64,000 nt of DNA, from the IMG/VR virus record IMGVR_UViG_3300017912_002752; one strand, 5' to 3'. The DNA comes from a virus. Its lineage: Duplodnaviria; Caudoviricetes. The notes beneath the pieces were generated by a model. It was given only the letters and a program-made list of their open reading frames with translations, did not search any database and was not told the DNA's origin. The translations under genes were made by a program, and so were the position numbers. Below, in pieces: positions 28,789-38,585 of this stretch; position 1 is the first letter of the stretch, and the number at the start of each line of letters is the position of its first letter.

Positions 28789-30147
28789 TTAAAAATCTAT
28801 ATCACCCGACATTTCTTTATATTTTTGCGCTAATTCTTTTCTTACTAAACTCTCCCCTTGTTTCATCTGGTTAGTGGTTCTTTTACCATCAATGGAATCG
28901 TCATTATAAATGTGAATTTGCCCTGTCGAGAAGTTTGCTTTAGATGGGAATGTCATTCCATCAGGCCCAAACCTATTTTTTATTACATGCCATCTACCCG
29001 TACCTGCGAGTTTATCTTCTATTTTTCGAGATAAAGATACAACAAAATCTGCGGTCATCATTTTAGAAAACGAACCTGCGATTTTTGTACCTGTAATGAT
29101 GTCATCTTCTGCACCACTTCTATTGATTTGTGATGCCGTATAAACAGGTACCTCGTACTCACCTGCCATACCACGAAGGTCTTCAATGATTTCTTCTAAC
29201 TCTTCGTGTCTTTTTTCTTTTGTTGGTCCTCTTAATAAGTCTGCATAATCGACAATAACTACATCAGGTCTTTTACCTTGTAGAATCATCTTGTCCATAT
29301 GTGCTTTTAATGAAGTTACACTAGCGGTTTTAGTAGGATAATGTTTTACCACCAAGTCACCTGATACATTCTCAACCGACTTTTTTACATCTTCCATGTT
29401 GTATTTAAGATTACCAACTGCTACACCACTTAATACTGCATCGTATCGTTGACCAACATAACCTTCGTTTAGTTCTAATGTATAATGTGCTACTATTTTA
29501 CCTTTTTTCATAGCATTGACGCCAATATTAACTAATGACCAAGATTTACCGATACCAGGTGGTGCAGCGAATAAAATTAATTCACCTTTTCCAAAACCAC
29601 CTTGAGTAATTTCATCAATAACTTGCCAACCAGTAGATACTACATTTCTTACAGTATCTTCGTATCTTTCAACAATCATAGATTTGTATTCATGTCCAAT
29701 ATCAGAATCTTGACCTGCTTTCATTGCGGTATCAATATTCTTTTTGATTTGGTCATACTTACCATTTTCTAATAATGGTACTGAATCCAAGATTGCGTTT
29801 TTGATAGATTGATTCTTACAGAAATCAAGAACTTGTTCTTTTACAAACTCCAAATCATCACTTTCTAAATGATTCCAAGCAAACTTTAGTGTATCTACTA
29901 CCGATGTTTTTAATACATCTCGTTCTATGGTATTTATTTTAACTTTGAGAACATCCAAGGTTGGCATTTTCTCAAAATCATCAAAATACTTTAGGATTGT
30001 TTTTACCAACCACTCAGATGATTCAGAATCAAAATATTCTGGCTTCATAATATCATAAATCTGCCTTGTAAAAGACCTATCTGATAATATGGAAGATATT
30101 ACTTTGTTCTGAAATGAGGTGCTGAATTTACTTCCTAATTTTTCCAT
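28789..30147 (-). CDS. DnaB-like replicative helicase (gp41-like)
   Basis: APPGIGKS, TLEL, VDYADL, SQINR and KNRFG. Confidence 0.92.
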   Translation of the reverse strand: MEKLGSKFSTSFQNKVISSILSDRSFTRQIYDIMKPEYFDSESSEWLVKTILKYFDDFEKMPTLDVLKVKINTIERDVLKTSVVDTLKFAWNHLESDDLEFVKEQVLDFCKNQSIKNAILDSVPLLENGKYDQIKKNIDTAMKAGQDSDIGHEYKSMIVERYEDTVRNVVSTGWQVIDEITQGGFGKGELILFAAPPGIGKSWSLVNIGVNAMKKGKIVAHYTLELNEGYVGQRYDAVLSGVAVGNLKYNMEDVKKSVENVSGDLVVKHYPTKTASVTSLKAHMDKMILQGKRPDVVIVDYADLLRGPTKEKRHEELEEIIEDLRGMAGEYEVPVYTASQINRSGAEDDIITGTKIAGSFSKMMTADFVVSLSRKIEDKLAGTGRWHVIKNRFGPDGMTFPSKANFSTGQIHIYNDDSIDGKRTTNQMKQGESLVRKELAQKYKEMSGDIDF

Positions 30148-30153
30148 ATGATA

Positions 30154-30185
30154 CTAATATACATAATTTTTTTTAAATAAACAAA
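30154..30185 (-). promoter_or_regulatory. Bacteroidota-type promoter (TTTG-N20-TATATTAG)
   Basis: 6 nt upstream of the helicase ATG. Confidence 0.7.
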
Positions 30186-30187
30186 CA

Positions 30188-30733
30188 TTAGTCTAATAAA
30201 ATTGGTGGGTGATAGATATATCCTGCTTTCCTAGCATTTATGTGTTTTTCCATAGGAAATTTAGAATTCTTACAATATAACCCATCTGCATTTAGTTTCC
30301 ATTCATCTAAGTTCAATTTGTTTCCATCTTTAACAAAGTGATTAGAAACTTGATATGCTTTTATTTCTTCTTCAGGTTTCCCCGTCTTACAATACTCATG
30401 TATTGCCCATAACTTTTCATAAAATGTTATATCAACATAAAGATGTAAATCAAATGAAATTCTAAGTATGTCTTCCATTACTGATTTTATCTTTGTAGGA
30501 TTATACTTACCTATTAGTAATAAGTCAATATCCCAAGACATCCAATTTTCAAGAGTTCCACCCACTACATATAATTTAAAATCACTAAGGTCAGAACATT
30601 CGTTTTTTATTCGACTTACTAATGTTTTAAATAATGGATGTTTAGTACCACCAATTGCATACCAATTGGTTTCTTTAAACTTGTGATATTCAATCGTTCC
30701 TTGAAATAATTCAGTTGCGTAATGGTTATGCAT
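30188..30733 (-). CDS. Putative nucleotidyltransferase (Pol-beta superfamily)
   Basis: LYVVGG...SWDIDLLL...LYVDIT (hG[GS]...DxD...D). Confidence 0.55.
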   Translation of the reverse strand: MHNHYATELFQGTIEYHKFKETNWYAIGGTKHPLFKTLVSRIKNECSDLSDFKLYVVGGTLENWMSWDIDLLLIGKYNPTKIKSVMEDILRISFDLHLYVDITFYEKLWAIHEYCKTGKPEEEIKAYQVSNHFVKDGNKLNLDEWKLNADGLYCKNSKFPMEKHINARKAGYIYHPPILLD

Positions 30734-31763
30734 TCTTTATGTAATTGTGTAATGATGTAAATGAGTTTCTTAACCAAGAATCTACATTTGCAAATGCCGT
30801 ATACAGTTTATCATACATAAACATTTTTTTAAACTCTACCAAATCCAACTGAGGACGATGTGTATCCATTAACTCTCTAACATTTGACTTTATGGATGAT
30901 GATATATCAGGGTCAGCTAATTGCATAAGACCATAATTCATATTAATAGTATCTAAATTATCTTTGAGTTTTTTTGCCAACTTATCTTCACACTCTGAAG
31001 AACATTTCTCAATGAATGTGTCTAAAGAAAGGTCATTTTCAGTTAAAAACTTCATTTTGGATTCTATTGTTTTAATACCAACACCATTTACACCTTTTAT
31101 GTTGTCAGATTTATCACCCATAAGAACTCTGTAAAATATCAGATTTTGTGGAGTAACCCCATAATCCTCTATCACCTCTTTTTCGGTGTACATTTTCTTT
31201 TTAGTAGGTGTAAAAACTTTAATTCTTTGATTTACTAATTGTAAAAAGTCCTTGTCAGATGATAAAATCGTAACTTCTTTTTTAAAGTAGTGATTTGCTA
31301 AGTATGCGATGATATCATCTGCTTCAACATAATCTATATAAGTCATTGTGATAGGTAGTATCTGTAAGTATTCAATGAGTCTCTTGAATTGATTTCTCAT
31401 TGATACTTGTTGGTCTTCTAAGTCTTCATATCCTGCAAGTCTATTCAACTTAGTTAAACCTGTTCTACCTTCCTTATATCCTTTATATACGGACTTTCTT
31501 CGGTTAGAACCACCCTTTCCATCAAAAACTATAACGACACGAGTTGGTTTTAATCTTCTAATCGTTGCAGCAGTGGACAGGAGAAAACCTGTCACACCAC
31601 CACAATGTTCACCATCATCATTCAAAGCAGGAACTGCCCCAAATACTCTAATAAACTGATTAAGACCATCAATGATAAGAACTCTATCATCGAGTGATTC
31701 GTTTTTTACTTCGTTATGTTCTTTACTTACTTCTTTGAGTAGTTCTTTATACCTGTTATTCAT
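30726..31763 (-). CDS. 5'-3' exonuclease / RNase H (FEN-like)
   Basis: IIDG, VFDG, YKEGR, EADD, SSDKDF and GDKSDNIKGV.GVG. Confidence 0.92.
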   Translation of the reverse strand: MNNRYKELLKEVSKEHNEVKNESLDDRVLIIDGLNQFIRVFGAVPALNDDGEHCGGVTGFLLSTAATIRRLKPTRVVIVFDGKGGSNRRKSVYKGYKEGRTGLTKLNRLAGYEDLEDQQVSMRNQFKRLIEYLQILPITMTYIDYVEADDIIAYLANHYFKKEVTILSSDKDFLQLVNQRIKVFTPTKKKMYTEKEVIEDYGVTPQNLIFYRVLMGDKSDNIKGVNGVGIKTIESKMKFLTENDLSLDTFIEKCSSECEDKLAKKLKDNLDTINMNYGLMQLADPDISSSIKSNVRELMDTHRPQLDLVEFKKMFMYDKLYTAFANVDSWLRNSFTSLHNYIKNA

Positions 31764-32889
31764 CAAAATCTGTTACTTCAACATTATCGATATTTGCCTC
31801 TTCACTTGATTGTTTGTAAGCCATAATATATGAATTACAAATCTCATTGTAAATAGACTCTTTTAATTCGGGTCTTTCTTCTAATAAGTCTTCAAAGTTC
31901 TTTGCTTGAAACTTTAACTCCTCACCTGTTTCTTTATCGACATAAGTGTACCATGCACCACTTTGAGTTACCAACTTATATGTTTTCATCATTTGTAACC
32001 ATGAACCATAATTGTCGATACCACTATCAAAGTAGATATCATAGTCAACTGAACGAAGAGGTGGCCCCATTCTATTCTTGATAACTTGAGCACGAGTTTT
32101 GATACCAACTACTTGGTCTACTCCACCAATTTTAGATTTAAGTTGTCCCATTGATTTTAACCTAATTCTACAAGAAGAGTGGAATGCGATTGCTTTACCA
32201 CCACTTGTAGTCCAAGGGTCACCAAATGAAACACCTAATCTTGTTCTTAATTGATTTGTGAAAATTAAAGATATTCTTTCTCTACCTATAAGATTTGTAA
32301 TCTTTCTCATAGCTTTAGAAATAATAATCGCTTTCTGAGTAGCATAACCTGCTTGGTCGTAGTCTGCAGATATCTCTACTTTGGTAGATGCACCTGCGAC
32401 AGAATCCACTACAATAGTTACTAGCTTTTTCTTGTCGGATGACCTTACTGATTCTATAATTGAATCAATACCTTCAAAGATATCCTCAACAGTTTCAAGT
32501 GGAACATACAACATTTTCTGAATGTCAACTCCTATCGCCTCTAAAAACTCAGTATTACAAGCGTTCTCAGTATCTATATAAACACCAAGACCACCCTTTT
32601 TCTGAGTATCTGCGATTGCGTGAGCTGCCAATAGTGATTTACCACTTCCTTCTAAACCTGTAATTTCTGTAATACGACCTACGGGTAATCCACCATTAGG
32701 TCTGTTTGAAATTGCCAAATCTAACATCGGTGAACCTGTCGAAACCCAACCATCAAGGTCAGTCGGCGTTTGTTCACCCCCATCCAAGAAGTAAGCCACC
32801 TTATGGGCGGACTTAAACTTCTTGTTTAGGTTATCAGCTAAGATGGAAGATAGTTCATCACGAACTGATTCTTTCTTCTTCTTTGCCAT
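31756..32889 (-). CDS. uvsX: RecA/UvsX recombinase
   Basis: GLEGSGKS, VVDSVA, NQLR, TTSGGKA and KNR. Confidence 0.9.
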   Translation of the reverse strand: MAKKKKESVRDELSSILADNLNKKFKSAHKVAYFLDGGEQTPTDLDGWVSTGSPMLDLAISNRPNGGLPVGRITEITGLEGSGKSLLAAHAIADTQKKGGLGVYIDTENACNTEFLEAIGVDIQKMLYVPLETVEDIFEGIDSIIESVRSSDKKKLVTIVVDSVAGASTKVEISADYDQAGYATQKAIIISKAMRKITNLIGRERISLIFTNQLRTRLGVSFGDPWTTSGGKAIAFHSSCRIRLKSMGQLKSKIGGVDQVVGIKTRAQVIKNRMGPPLRSVDYDIYFDSGIDNYGSWLQMMKTYKLVTQSGAWYTYVDKETGEELKFQAKNFEDLLEERPELKESIYNEICNSYIMAYKQSSEEANIDNVEVTDFDE

Positions 32890-32892
32890 AGA

Positions 32893-33654
32893 TTATTCGT
32901 TAAATAAGTCGTCAAACGCTTCTTTTACATTACTCGCTGGGGAAGTTGCAGTTGTAGTTTCTTTTACTTCAACTTTAGGTTCTTCTTTCTTGTCAGAAAC
33001 TTCACCTGTATCCAACCATTCTTTTAACATTCCTTCCATTTCTTCATAAGAAACTTTTTTGAACATATCACCAAGAACGATTTGGTCTTTAGCGGTTTCT
33101 AATATGTTCTTGTCCTCTGAGATAGCTGATGTATTTGGTTTTACTCTGATGTAAGTCTCAGGATAAGTTTTACCTAATTCTGCAGCAGTTTTAAATTCTA
33201 CTGTTACATCTCTACCATTTACAGGGTCAGTTAAATCACCATAGTCAGGGTCAGCGAAGAATCCAAGAAGTTCTTGGTATACATTCTTACCGAATCCCCA
33301 AAACTTAACACCTTCAGACTCCTCACCTCTTACTAAGATAGGAACATAAGTTCTCATCTTTGGAGTAAGTTTTCTTGAAAGTTGATAGTCATTTCTATCA
33401 CCTGTTGCTTTCAACTTTTCTGCAAACTCTAAGATAGGGTCTGCTTCACCAAAAGAACTCGGGGAGATAATGTTTTTACCACCAAATCCAAAATGGAAAT
33501 AAAGTTCGATGAACGGGTTAGAGGGATTGTGAACATAAGGAAGAATCCTTACTTGTTGTTTGCCGGGTTGTGGTTTCCACAAGTTGTCGGTCTTTGTTAC
33601 TTTTGTCTGAAGAGAGTTCAGACGATTTCTGATTGCGTTTAAATCAATTGCCAT
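32893..33654 (-). CDS. Single-stranded DNA-binding protein (gp32-like)
   Basis: LWKP...VRILP, KFWGFGK, DLTDP..GRD and an acidic tail (AFDDLFNE). Confidence 0.8.
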   Translation of the reverse strand: MAIDLNAIRNRLNSLQTKVTKTDNLWKPQPGKQQVRILPYVHNPSNPFIELYFHFGFGGKNIISPSSFGEADPILEFAEKLKATGDRNDYQLSRKLTPKMRTYVPILVRGEESEGVKFWGFGKNVYQELLGFFADPDYGDLTDPVNGRDVTVEFKTAAELGKTYPETYIRVKPNTSAISEDKNILETAKDQIVLGDMFKKVSYEEMEGMLKEWLDTGEVSDKKEEPKVEVKETTTATSPASNVKEAFDDLFNE

Positions 33655-33693
33655 AATTTACCTTTTTTAATTATTAATTATTTATGTTAGTCA

Positions 33694-33725
33694 CTAATAT
33701 ACAACATTTGGTTGACAAATCCAAA
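33694..33725 (-). promoter_or_regulatory. Bacteroidota-type promoter (TTTG-N20-TATATTAG)
   Basis: Upstream of SSB; overlapped by a 9-bp inverted repeat. Confidence 0.7.
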
Positions 33726-33793
33726 TGTTTTTTCATTTTTTTTATTTTGCAGTTATCACTACTGGTATAAATATGTAAAAATATTTAATAACA

Positions 33794-34525
33794 CTATACA
33801 TTCTGAACCGGCGTTGGTCGTTTCTTCGTCATGAGTAGTTTTCTTGCTGATGGTGAGAATTTTGTAAAATCCGTGTATTTAGAGTTTTGGGTGTATTTTT
33901 TAAAACCCCTATTTTTTGACTGATAATTATACAATAATCTATTGTCGTCTTCATAAGTCAAAAATATTTTTCCGTTTGATAATTCTCTTATTCTATACTC
34001 TTTATTTTTTACAGAATCTTCCCACAACCATGCTCTTTGTTCTGCCATAAAAAGCCAAGTGTCATTTTCAAATCTAAACTTTACACTATCAGAGTGTCTA
34101 AAAATTCTGTTCGTTACTTTTTTATCAAAGTTACTGCCTGCTATAATACATTTTGTAAATGGATAGTATTGTTTTACCATATCAAGTTGTTTTTCAACTG
34201 ATGATGTGATATAAATCAAATCAATAGACTCCCATTTGTTTTTGAAGTATCTGTTAAATTCTCGTGATGGTACAAATACAACATTGTTACTGAAACCTTT
34301 AAAGTTATAACTTTTATCTACTATTACAAATATTTTTGTAAAAACATTTGAATTCATAAGTTTTGTAGTAACTTCTGGTTCATACCCTATCTGAAGTACG
34401 GATTTGTTCTGAACATAATTGTCAGGTGTATTTTCACCACTTCCTATTTGAAAGGAATCCTTATCTGAGTAGAATTTAGAAACGAATGTTATTAATTCGT
34501 CAAGACCTTTGTAACTTTTTTGCAT
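33794..34525 (-). CDS. Hypothetical protein
   Basis: 243-aa ORF; only weak Rossmann/methyltransferase-like hints (SVLQIG, IDLIYI). Confidence 0.55.
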   Translation of the reverse strand: MQKSYKGLDELITFVSKFYSDKDSFQIGSGENTPDNYVQNKSVLQIGYEPEVTTKLMNSNVFTKIFVIVDKSYNFKGFSNNVVFVPSREFNRYFKNKWESIDLIYITSSVEKQLDMVKQYYPFTKCIIAGSNFDKKVTNRIFRHSDSVKFRFENDTWLFMAEQRAWLWEDSVKNKEYRIRELSNGKIFLTYEDDNRLLYNYQSKNRGFKKYTQNSKYTDFTKFSPSARKLLMTKKRPTPVQNV

Positions 34526-34530
34526 AAAAC

Positions 34531-34920
34531 TTAATTTACATTAACAATTCTAAATAAACTTGTCTTTAATATTTTGTAACCTTCACCATCGGTTAGAATC
34601 ATAGAGTTTTTATAATCTTCCCAATTAATTTTGTATGTTTTATCTTCAACACCACCATTTAGGTCCACAATCAATCTGTTTAATGCGTTGATTGTATAAA
34701 TGGTATTTGATTCTTTCTTACGATGTGCCAATATAGTACTTCCTAAGAATTTTCTTTCATTGTTCGGTATGATATTATAACTAATCACCAATTCTTGTGA
34801 TGGTTTTAATTTTAAAATAAATATTTTTCTACTATAAAGGATGAATGAGTCTTGAATATTTTGTAAAACTGATTCAAATTCGGCCTCATTAGTAAATGTA
34901 CATAGTAATTGCGTTCTCAC
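34531..34920 (-). CDS. Conserved phage hypothetical protein
   Basis: MRTQLLCTF...HRKKESNTIYTINALN; GTG start preceded by AGGGG. Confidence 0.6.
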   Translation of the reverse strand: MRTQLLCTFTNEAEFESVLQNIQDSFILYSRKIFILKLKPSQELVISYNIIPNNERKFLGSTILAHRKKESNTIYTINALNRLIVDLNGGVEDKTYKINWEDYKNSMILTDGEGYKILKTSLFRIVNVN

Positions 34921-34934
34921 CCATTCCCCTATAA

Positions 34935-36839
34935 CTATCCAATCAAAATATACTGATTTGAGTCATAATCAAAAACTTCTTTTAGTGCGTTTTTGAATAC
35001 TTTGCCCATTTTTGGGTCATCTAATACTTTTTGACTTATCAATTTTTTATCTATTAGGTATTTAATCATTCCTTGTTGACCTTTACCTTTTAATCTATAT
35101 TCATCTGAGTTACCAACTTTTCTTGCGTTGTCCCATTCTTTTTTAAACTCTTCTTGCTTATCAGGATTCTCAGCCATTGATAATACAAATCCTCTATACA
35201 AATTGTCAGAAGATAATTTAATAGTTCTTCTACCAGTCTTGTCAGTAAGTCCTCTGGCCATACCCATAGCCATAATAGTATCTTTTCCTAATTCAGACCT
35301 TAAAGTAGATATTTTCTTTTGGTCTTTTTTATTTTCTACGACTCTTTTAAATTCGTCTCTTGCATTTTCAAAATTATCATCGTCTAAATCAAAGGTTTGT
35401 TTTAAAGTATTGTAATCATAACCTTTTTTGATTTTACCACCTTCAAGTATTAAAGCTGCAGTTTGCTCTGATTTGGAAGCGACTTTATTTACTTCTTCAT
35501 ATGCTTTATCTGCCGATTTAAAATCTTCTTCAGATTTATCACTTTGAGAATCAACATGCCTTTCTATAAAGTCTTTCATAGACATATTTGATTTTTTCTG
35601 ATTTGTGTTTGTAGCGGTAACAATCATATTATTACCATGTTCTCTATCTAAGTAGTTTTGCTCAGTAGGAGTTCCGTTATCATTATTATCAAACGCAACT
35701 ACATGCTCTAAGTCAATATTCGCCAAATCTAATGGTAATCCTGTATATGGGTCTTTACCACCTTGTTCTAATATGGCTCTCCAAATATATTTACCCCTAT
35801 CTTTACTTGGTGGGTTTCCTCTTTTAACTTCAGGTTTACCATCTTCACCTTTTTTAATGTTTGGGTCGTTTTTGTCTGATGTCACACTACCATCTTCTCT
35901 TACATATCCTAAGAAATGTTTATTTTTACCTGCGTCACCAACCTTACCCTTACCACTTAATGCTTTCTGAAGTGAATCTGGTAACAAATCAAAAGATGAA
36001 TCTACATAATTTTCACTAACTTTGATTGGTCTTGAATTATCAACAAATTTTTCTATCTGTTCAGGAGAACCATCACCATATGATTCAATCAAGTAGTCTT
36101 TGTTTTCAGATAGGTTTTTTACATCTAAATAACCTAATCTGTTTTTTCCAATACCTGAGTTAGGTCGTCCTTCATATGTTTGACCTTTTGCGAAAATATT
36201 ATTTGCGGTGTTTTTTACTTCAGGTGGTAAGTTTTTAAAAGACTCTCTTAAACTATCAAGTTCTTTTAATCTATTTACTTTTTTCTTACCCTCTAACTCC
36301 AATGCTTGTTTTTGTTGATTATCTAAGTATTTGTTAAAATCATCCAAAGAGTCTAACACCTCAGGATTAGCTACATATTCTTTTTTAAGTTCTACAAATG
36401 ATTTCTCGTTATCCGATGTATCTTTTTTAGAGTCATCACCATCTTTAGCTTTTGCTTTTTCTACTTCACCCTTTGATGGAGTTGTATGTTTAGCTGGATT
36501 TGGATTTTTTACTTTATATACATTACCTGTCTTTTTATTTTTGACATAGGTTTTTTCTTCGATATCTTGTTTTTCTTTTTTCTTTCTGAGATTGTCCTTT
36601 TCAATTGCAGTCATCATTCCAAACTTATCTATGTCTTTTTCATCATCAGATTCGTCTTCGGATTCTCTTTGAAATTCTTGAATTAGGATGTCGGCTGATT
36701 CTTCACCAACTTCATTTAATAAATGTGAATAAAAGGATTTTATGAAATCTTCGGTATAAATACCCTCAGCCATTTTGACATCAATATCTTGCCAAACTTT
36801 CTTTAATAAGTTGTCTACTATCTGTTCGGATTTCTTCAT
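34935..36839 (-). CDS. Large charged protein containing an HNH nuclease domain
   Basis: QGGKDPYTGLPLDLANIDLEHVVAF...NNMIVTATNTNQKKSN (about 35586-35765). Confidence 0.65.
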   Translation of the reverse strand: MKKSEQIVDNLLKKVWQDIDVKMAEGIYTEDFIKSFYSHLLNEVGEESADILIQEFQRESEDESDDEKDIDKFGMMTAIEKDNLRKKKEKQDIEEKTYVKNKKTGNVYKVKNPNPAKHTTPSKGEVEKAKAKDGDDSKKDTSDNEKSFVELKKEYVANPEVLDSLDDFNKYLDNQQKQALELEGKKKVNRLKELDSLRESFKNLPPEVKNTANNIFAKGQTYEGRPNSGIGKNRLGYLDVKNLSENKDYLIESYGDGSPEQIEKFVDNSRPIKVSENYVDSSFDLLPDSLQKALSGKGKVGDAGKNKHFLGYVREDGSVTSDKNDPNIKKGEDGKPEVKRGNPPSKDRGKYIWRAILEQGGKDPYTGLPLDLANIDLEHVVAFDNNDNGTPTEQNYLDREHGNNMIVTATNTNQKKSNMSMKDFIERHVDSQSDKSEEDFKSADKAYEEVNKVASKSEQTAALILEGGKIKKGYDYNTLKQTFDLDDDNFENARDEFKRVVENKKDQKKISTLRSELGKDTIMAMGMARGLTDKTGRRTIKLSSDNLYRGFVLSMAENPDKQEEFKKEWDNARKVGNSDEYRLKGKGQQGMIKYLIDKKLISQKVLDDPKMGKVFKNALKEVFDYDSNQYILIG

Positions 36840-36851
36840 AACTATAAATAT

Positions 36852-38075
36852 CTAAATATTGGCCTTAACCATATTATCATAATCTTTTCCGATTTCTAAT
36901 TGTGTAGGGAATCCATCTTTTTCCATTACTCTTTTTACTTCCCTAATATAATTCTCTTCGTCTGCCGCAACATCAAATAGAATCGAATCGTATGTATATA
37001 ATATAGGTATTGACTTTTGATTCAAATCGATTTTGGACAATTTGTCTAATATAAGTATGTTTCTTTCAGTTTCAAGCGCTTGTAAAACATAATTAAATAA
37101 CTTATTTTTATTGAGTGAGTCGTTTATTTCTATTTTCCGGCTCATAATTGGTGTGTTTGTGAGTCGATTACGCAAAAAGTCCATCCACATTGAGTTTATA
37201 TACTCAGATGTCTTTTGAAAGAACGGAATGTGATAATACTCGTCTTCTATACCACCATATAGTTGTCTAAATGTAATTGACTTTGCTTCACTCAAATCTT
37301 TACCATACTGATTTGCCAACCATTCGTGTGCTTTGACATCTAATGGAATGTCTATGCCAATTAGTTTTGAAATAAGTCTAATATGATATCCATCGAAATC
37401 TAATTGGCACAATTTACCATTTTCAAATCTTGATACAAATCTACTACGAACACCATCATCTTTTTTAAGTGCCGCATAGTTTGTTCCTTTAAATGTATTG
37501 GATGGTCTTGATGTTATTGTCAATGGATTATAACGAGTATATTCATAACCCATATTAGTATACAACCCATTCTTTTCTACCCAACCTAAACTCTTTGGAT
37601 AAAGTTGTGAGAATTTAGAAATTTTTGAGTCACCAAAAATTTTCTTCCAATCTTCGAATTGTTCATAGTGTTTCCATATAGGAATCAAATCATTTGCTTT
37701 AGGTGCCTGTCGTCTTCTGAAGATAGTGTAGATGGGTTTCTCTTCTACATCAAAGTTTTTAGCTTGCCAAAATAAAGACATCTCTAAATCGTACATATTA
37801 GGTAAAAAGTCATAATGATATAAGAAGTCTTTCATACCTACTATGTAAACTTCCTTGAAGTTATGGAACTCTACTTTTTCGTCTATTTTAGTTGCGTCTA
37901 TGTTATGATAATTGATAAATAGGTCCAATGTACCATCTGATATGATTAATGCGGATATTCGTGTATGTATAGGGTGTTTCTCTAAACTTGTAAGTATAGG
38001 GTACACCAATATCCTTTCCCTTTGGAGTTGGGATATATGTTTCCTAAGTTGTTTGTTGCTATCTACAATTTTCAT
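36852..38075 (-). CDS. Divergent, short family A DNA polymerase-like protein
   Basis: TITSRPS, motif A DFDGYHIRL, motif B EAKSITFRQLYG, NYVLQALE and motif C YTYDSILFD. Confidence 0.75.
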   Translation of the reverse strand: MKIVDSNKQLRKHISQLQRERILVYPILTSLEKHPIHTRISALIISDGTLDLFINYHNIDATKIDEKVEFHNFKEVYIVGMKDFLYHYDFLPNMYDLEMSLFWQAKNFDVEEKPIYTIFRRRQAPKANDLIPIWKHYEQFEDWKKIFGDSKISKFSQLYPKSLGWVEKNGLYTNMGYEYTRYNPLTITSRPSNTFKGTNYAALKKDDGVRSRFVSRFENGKLCQLDFDGYHIRLISKLIGIDIPLDVKAHEWLANQYGKDLSEAKSITFRQLYGGIEDEYYHIPFFQKTSEYINSMWMDFLRNRLTNTPIMSRKIEINDSLNKNKLFNYVLQALETERNILILDKLSKIDLNQKSIPILYTYDSILFDVAADEENYIREVKRVMEKDGFPTQLEIGKDYDNMVKANI

Positions 38076-38081
38076 CCGTAA

Positions 38082-38113
38082 CTAATATACGAAATATTTA
38101 TGAGTTTTCCAAA
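38082..38113 (-). promoter_or_regulatory. Bacteroidota-type promoter (TTTG-N20-TATATTAG)
   Basis: 6 nt upstream of the PolA-like ATG. Confidence 0.7.
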
Positions 38114-38247
38114 TTTATATGGGTTTCAATCAAGTCTATGATTTGTAATCTTGATTTATCCATATTTGTCTCGTAGCATAGACTCCAAATGTCTGATACT
38201 AAATTCCTTAATTTTAAGTTTTCTTTTTTTAATTCTAAATTTGTCAT
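38098..38247 (-). CDS. Small hypothetical protein (49 aa)
   Basis: Below the ORF-track cutoff: MTNLELKKENLKLRNLVSDIWSLCYETNMDKSRLQIIDLIETHINLENS; fills the gap between its neighbours. Confidence 0.55.
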   Translation of the reverse strand: MTNLELKKENLKLRNLVSDIWSLCYETNMDKSRLQIIDLIETHINLENS

Positions 38248-38248
38248 A

Positions 38249-38584
38249 TTAATATCCTATAAATTCTAAGTCAATATCACTTACTAATCCTTTTTCAGCA
38301 TAGTAAGAATACTCTTCGTTTAACCAATAGTTTTGAACATTATCAAGTTGGTTTATAACTTCTTCGTATAATTCTGAAGTATCATCATCACTTCCGTATG
38401 ATGCTCCCCATTGGATTCCACCACAAAGTTGTATCAGTTCGTTGAGTTTATCCCAATTATTTTTATTGTTCTTAATACTAAGTAATATCTCAGCTTTCAT
38501 CAATTCTGCTACTTTGTCATTGTGGTCATACATTTCTTTTGACCATGGTTTTGTAATTTCAATTCCGTATTTCATATTTTTCAT
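38249..38584 (-). CDS. Hypothetical protein
   Basis: 111-aa ORF, tightly packed with its neighbours. Confidence 0.6.
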   Translation of the reverse strand: MKNMKYGIEITKPWSKEMYDHNDKVAELMKAEILLSIKNNKNNWDKLNELIQLCGGIQWGASYGSDDDTSELYEEVINQLDNVQNYWLNEEYSYYAEKGLVSDIDLEFIGY

Positions 38585-38585
38585 T

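Noticed and set aside
13629-36839. Cas4-like nuclease plus Cas9-like HNH as a CRISPR-Cas system
   Set aside because: The genes are about 20 kb apart with no array, RuvC motifs or other cas genes; PD-(D/E)XK exonucleases are routine in phages.
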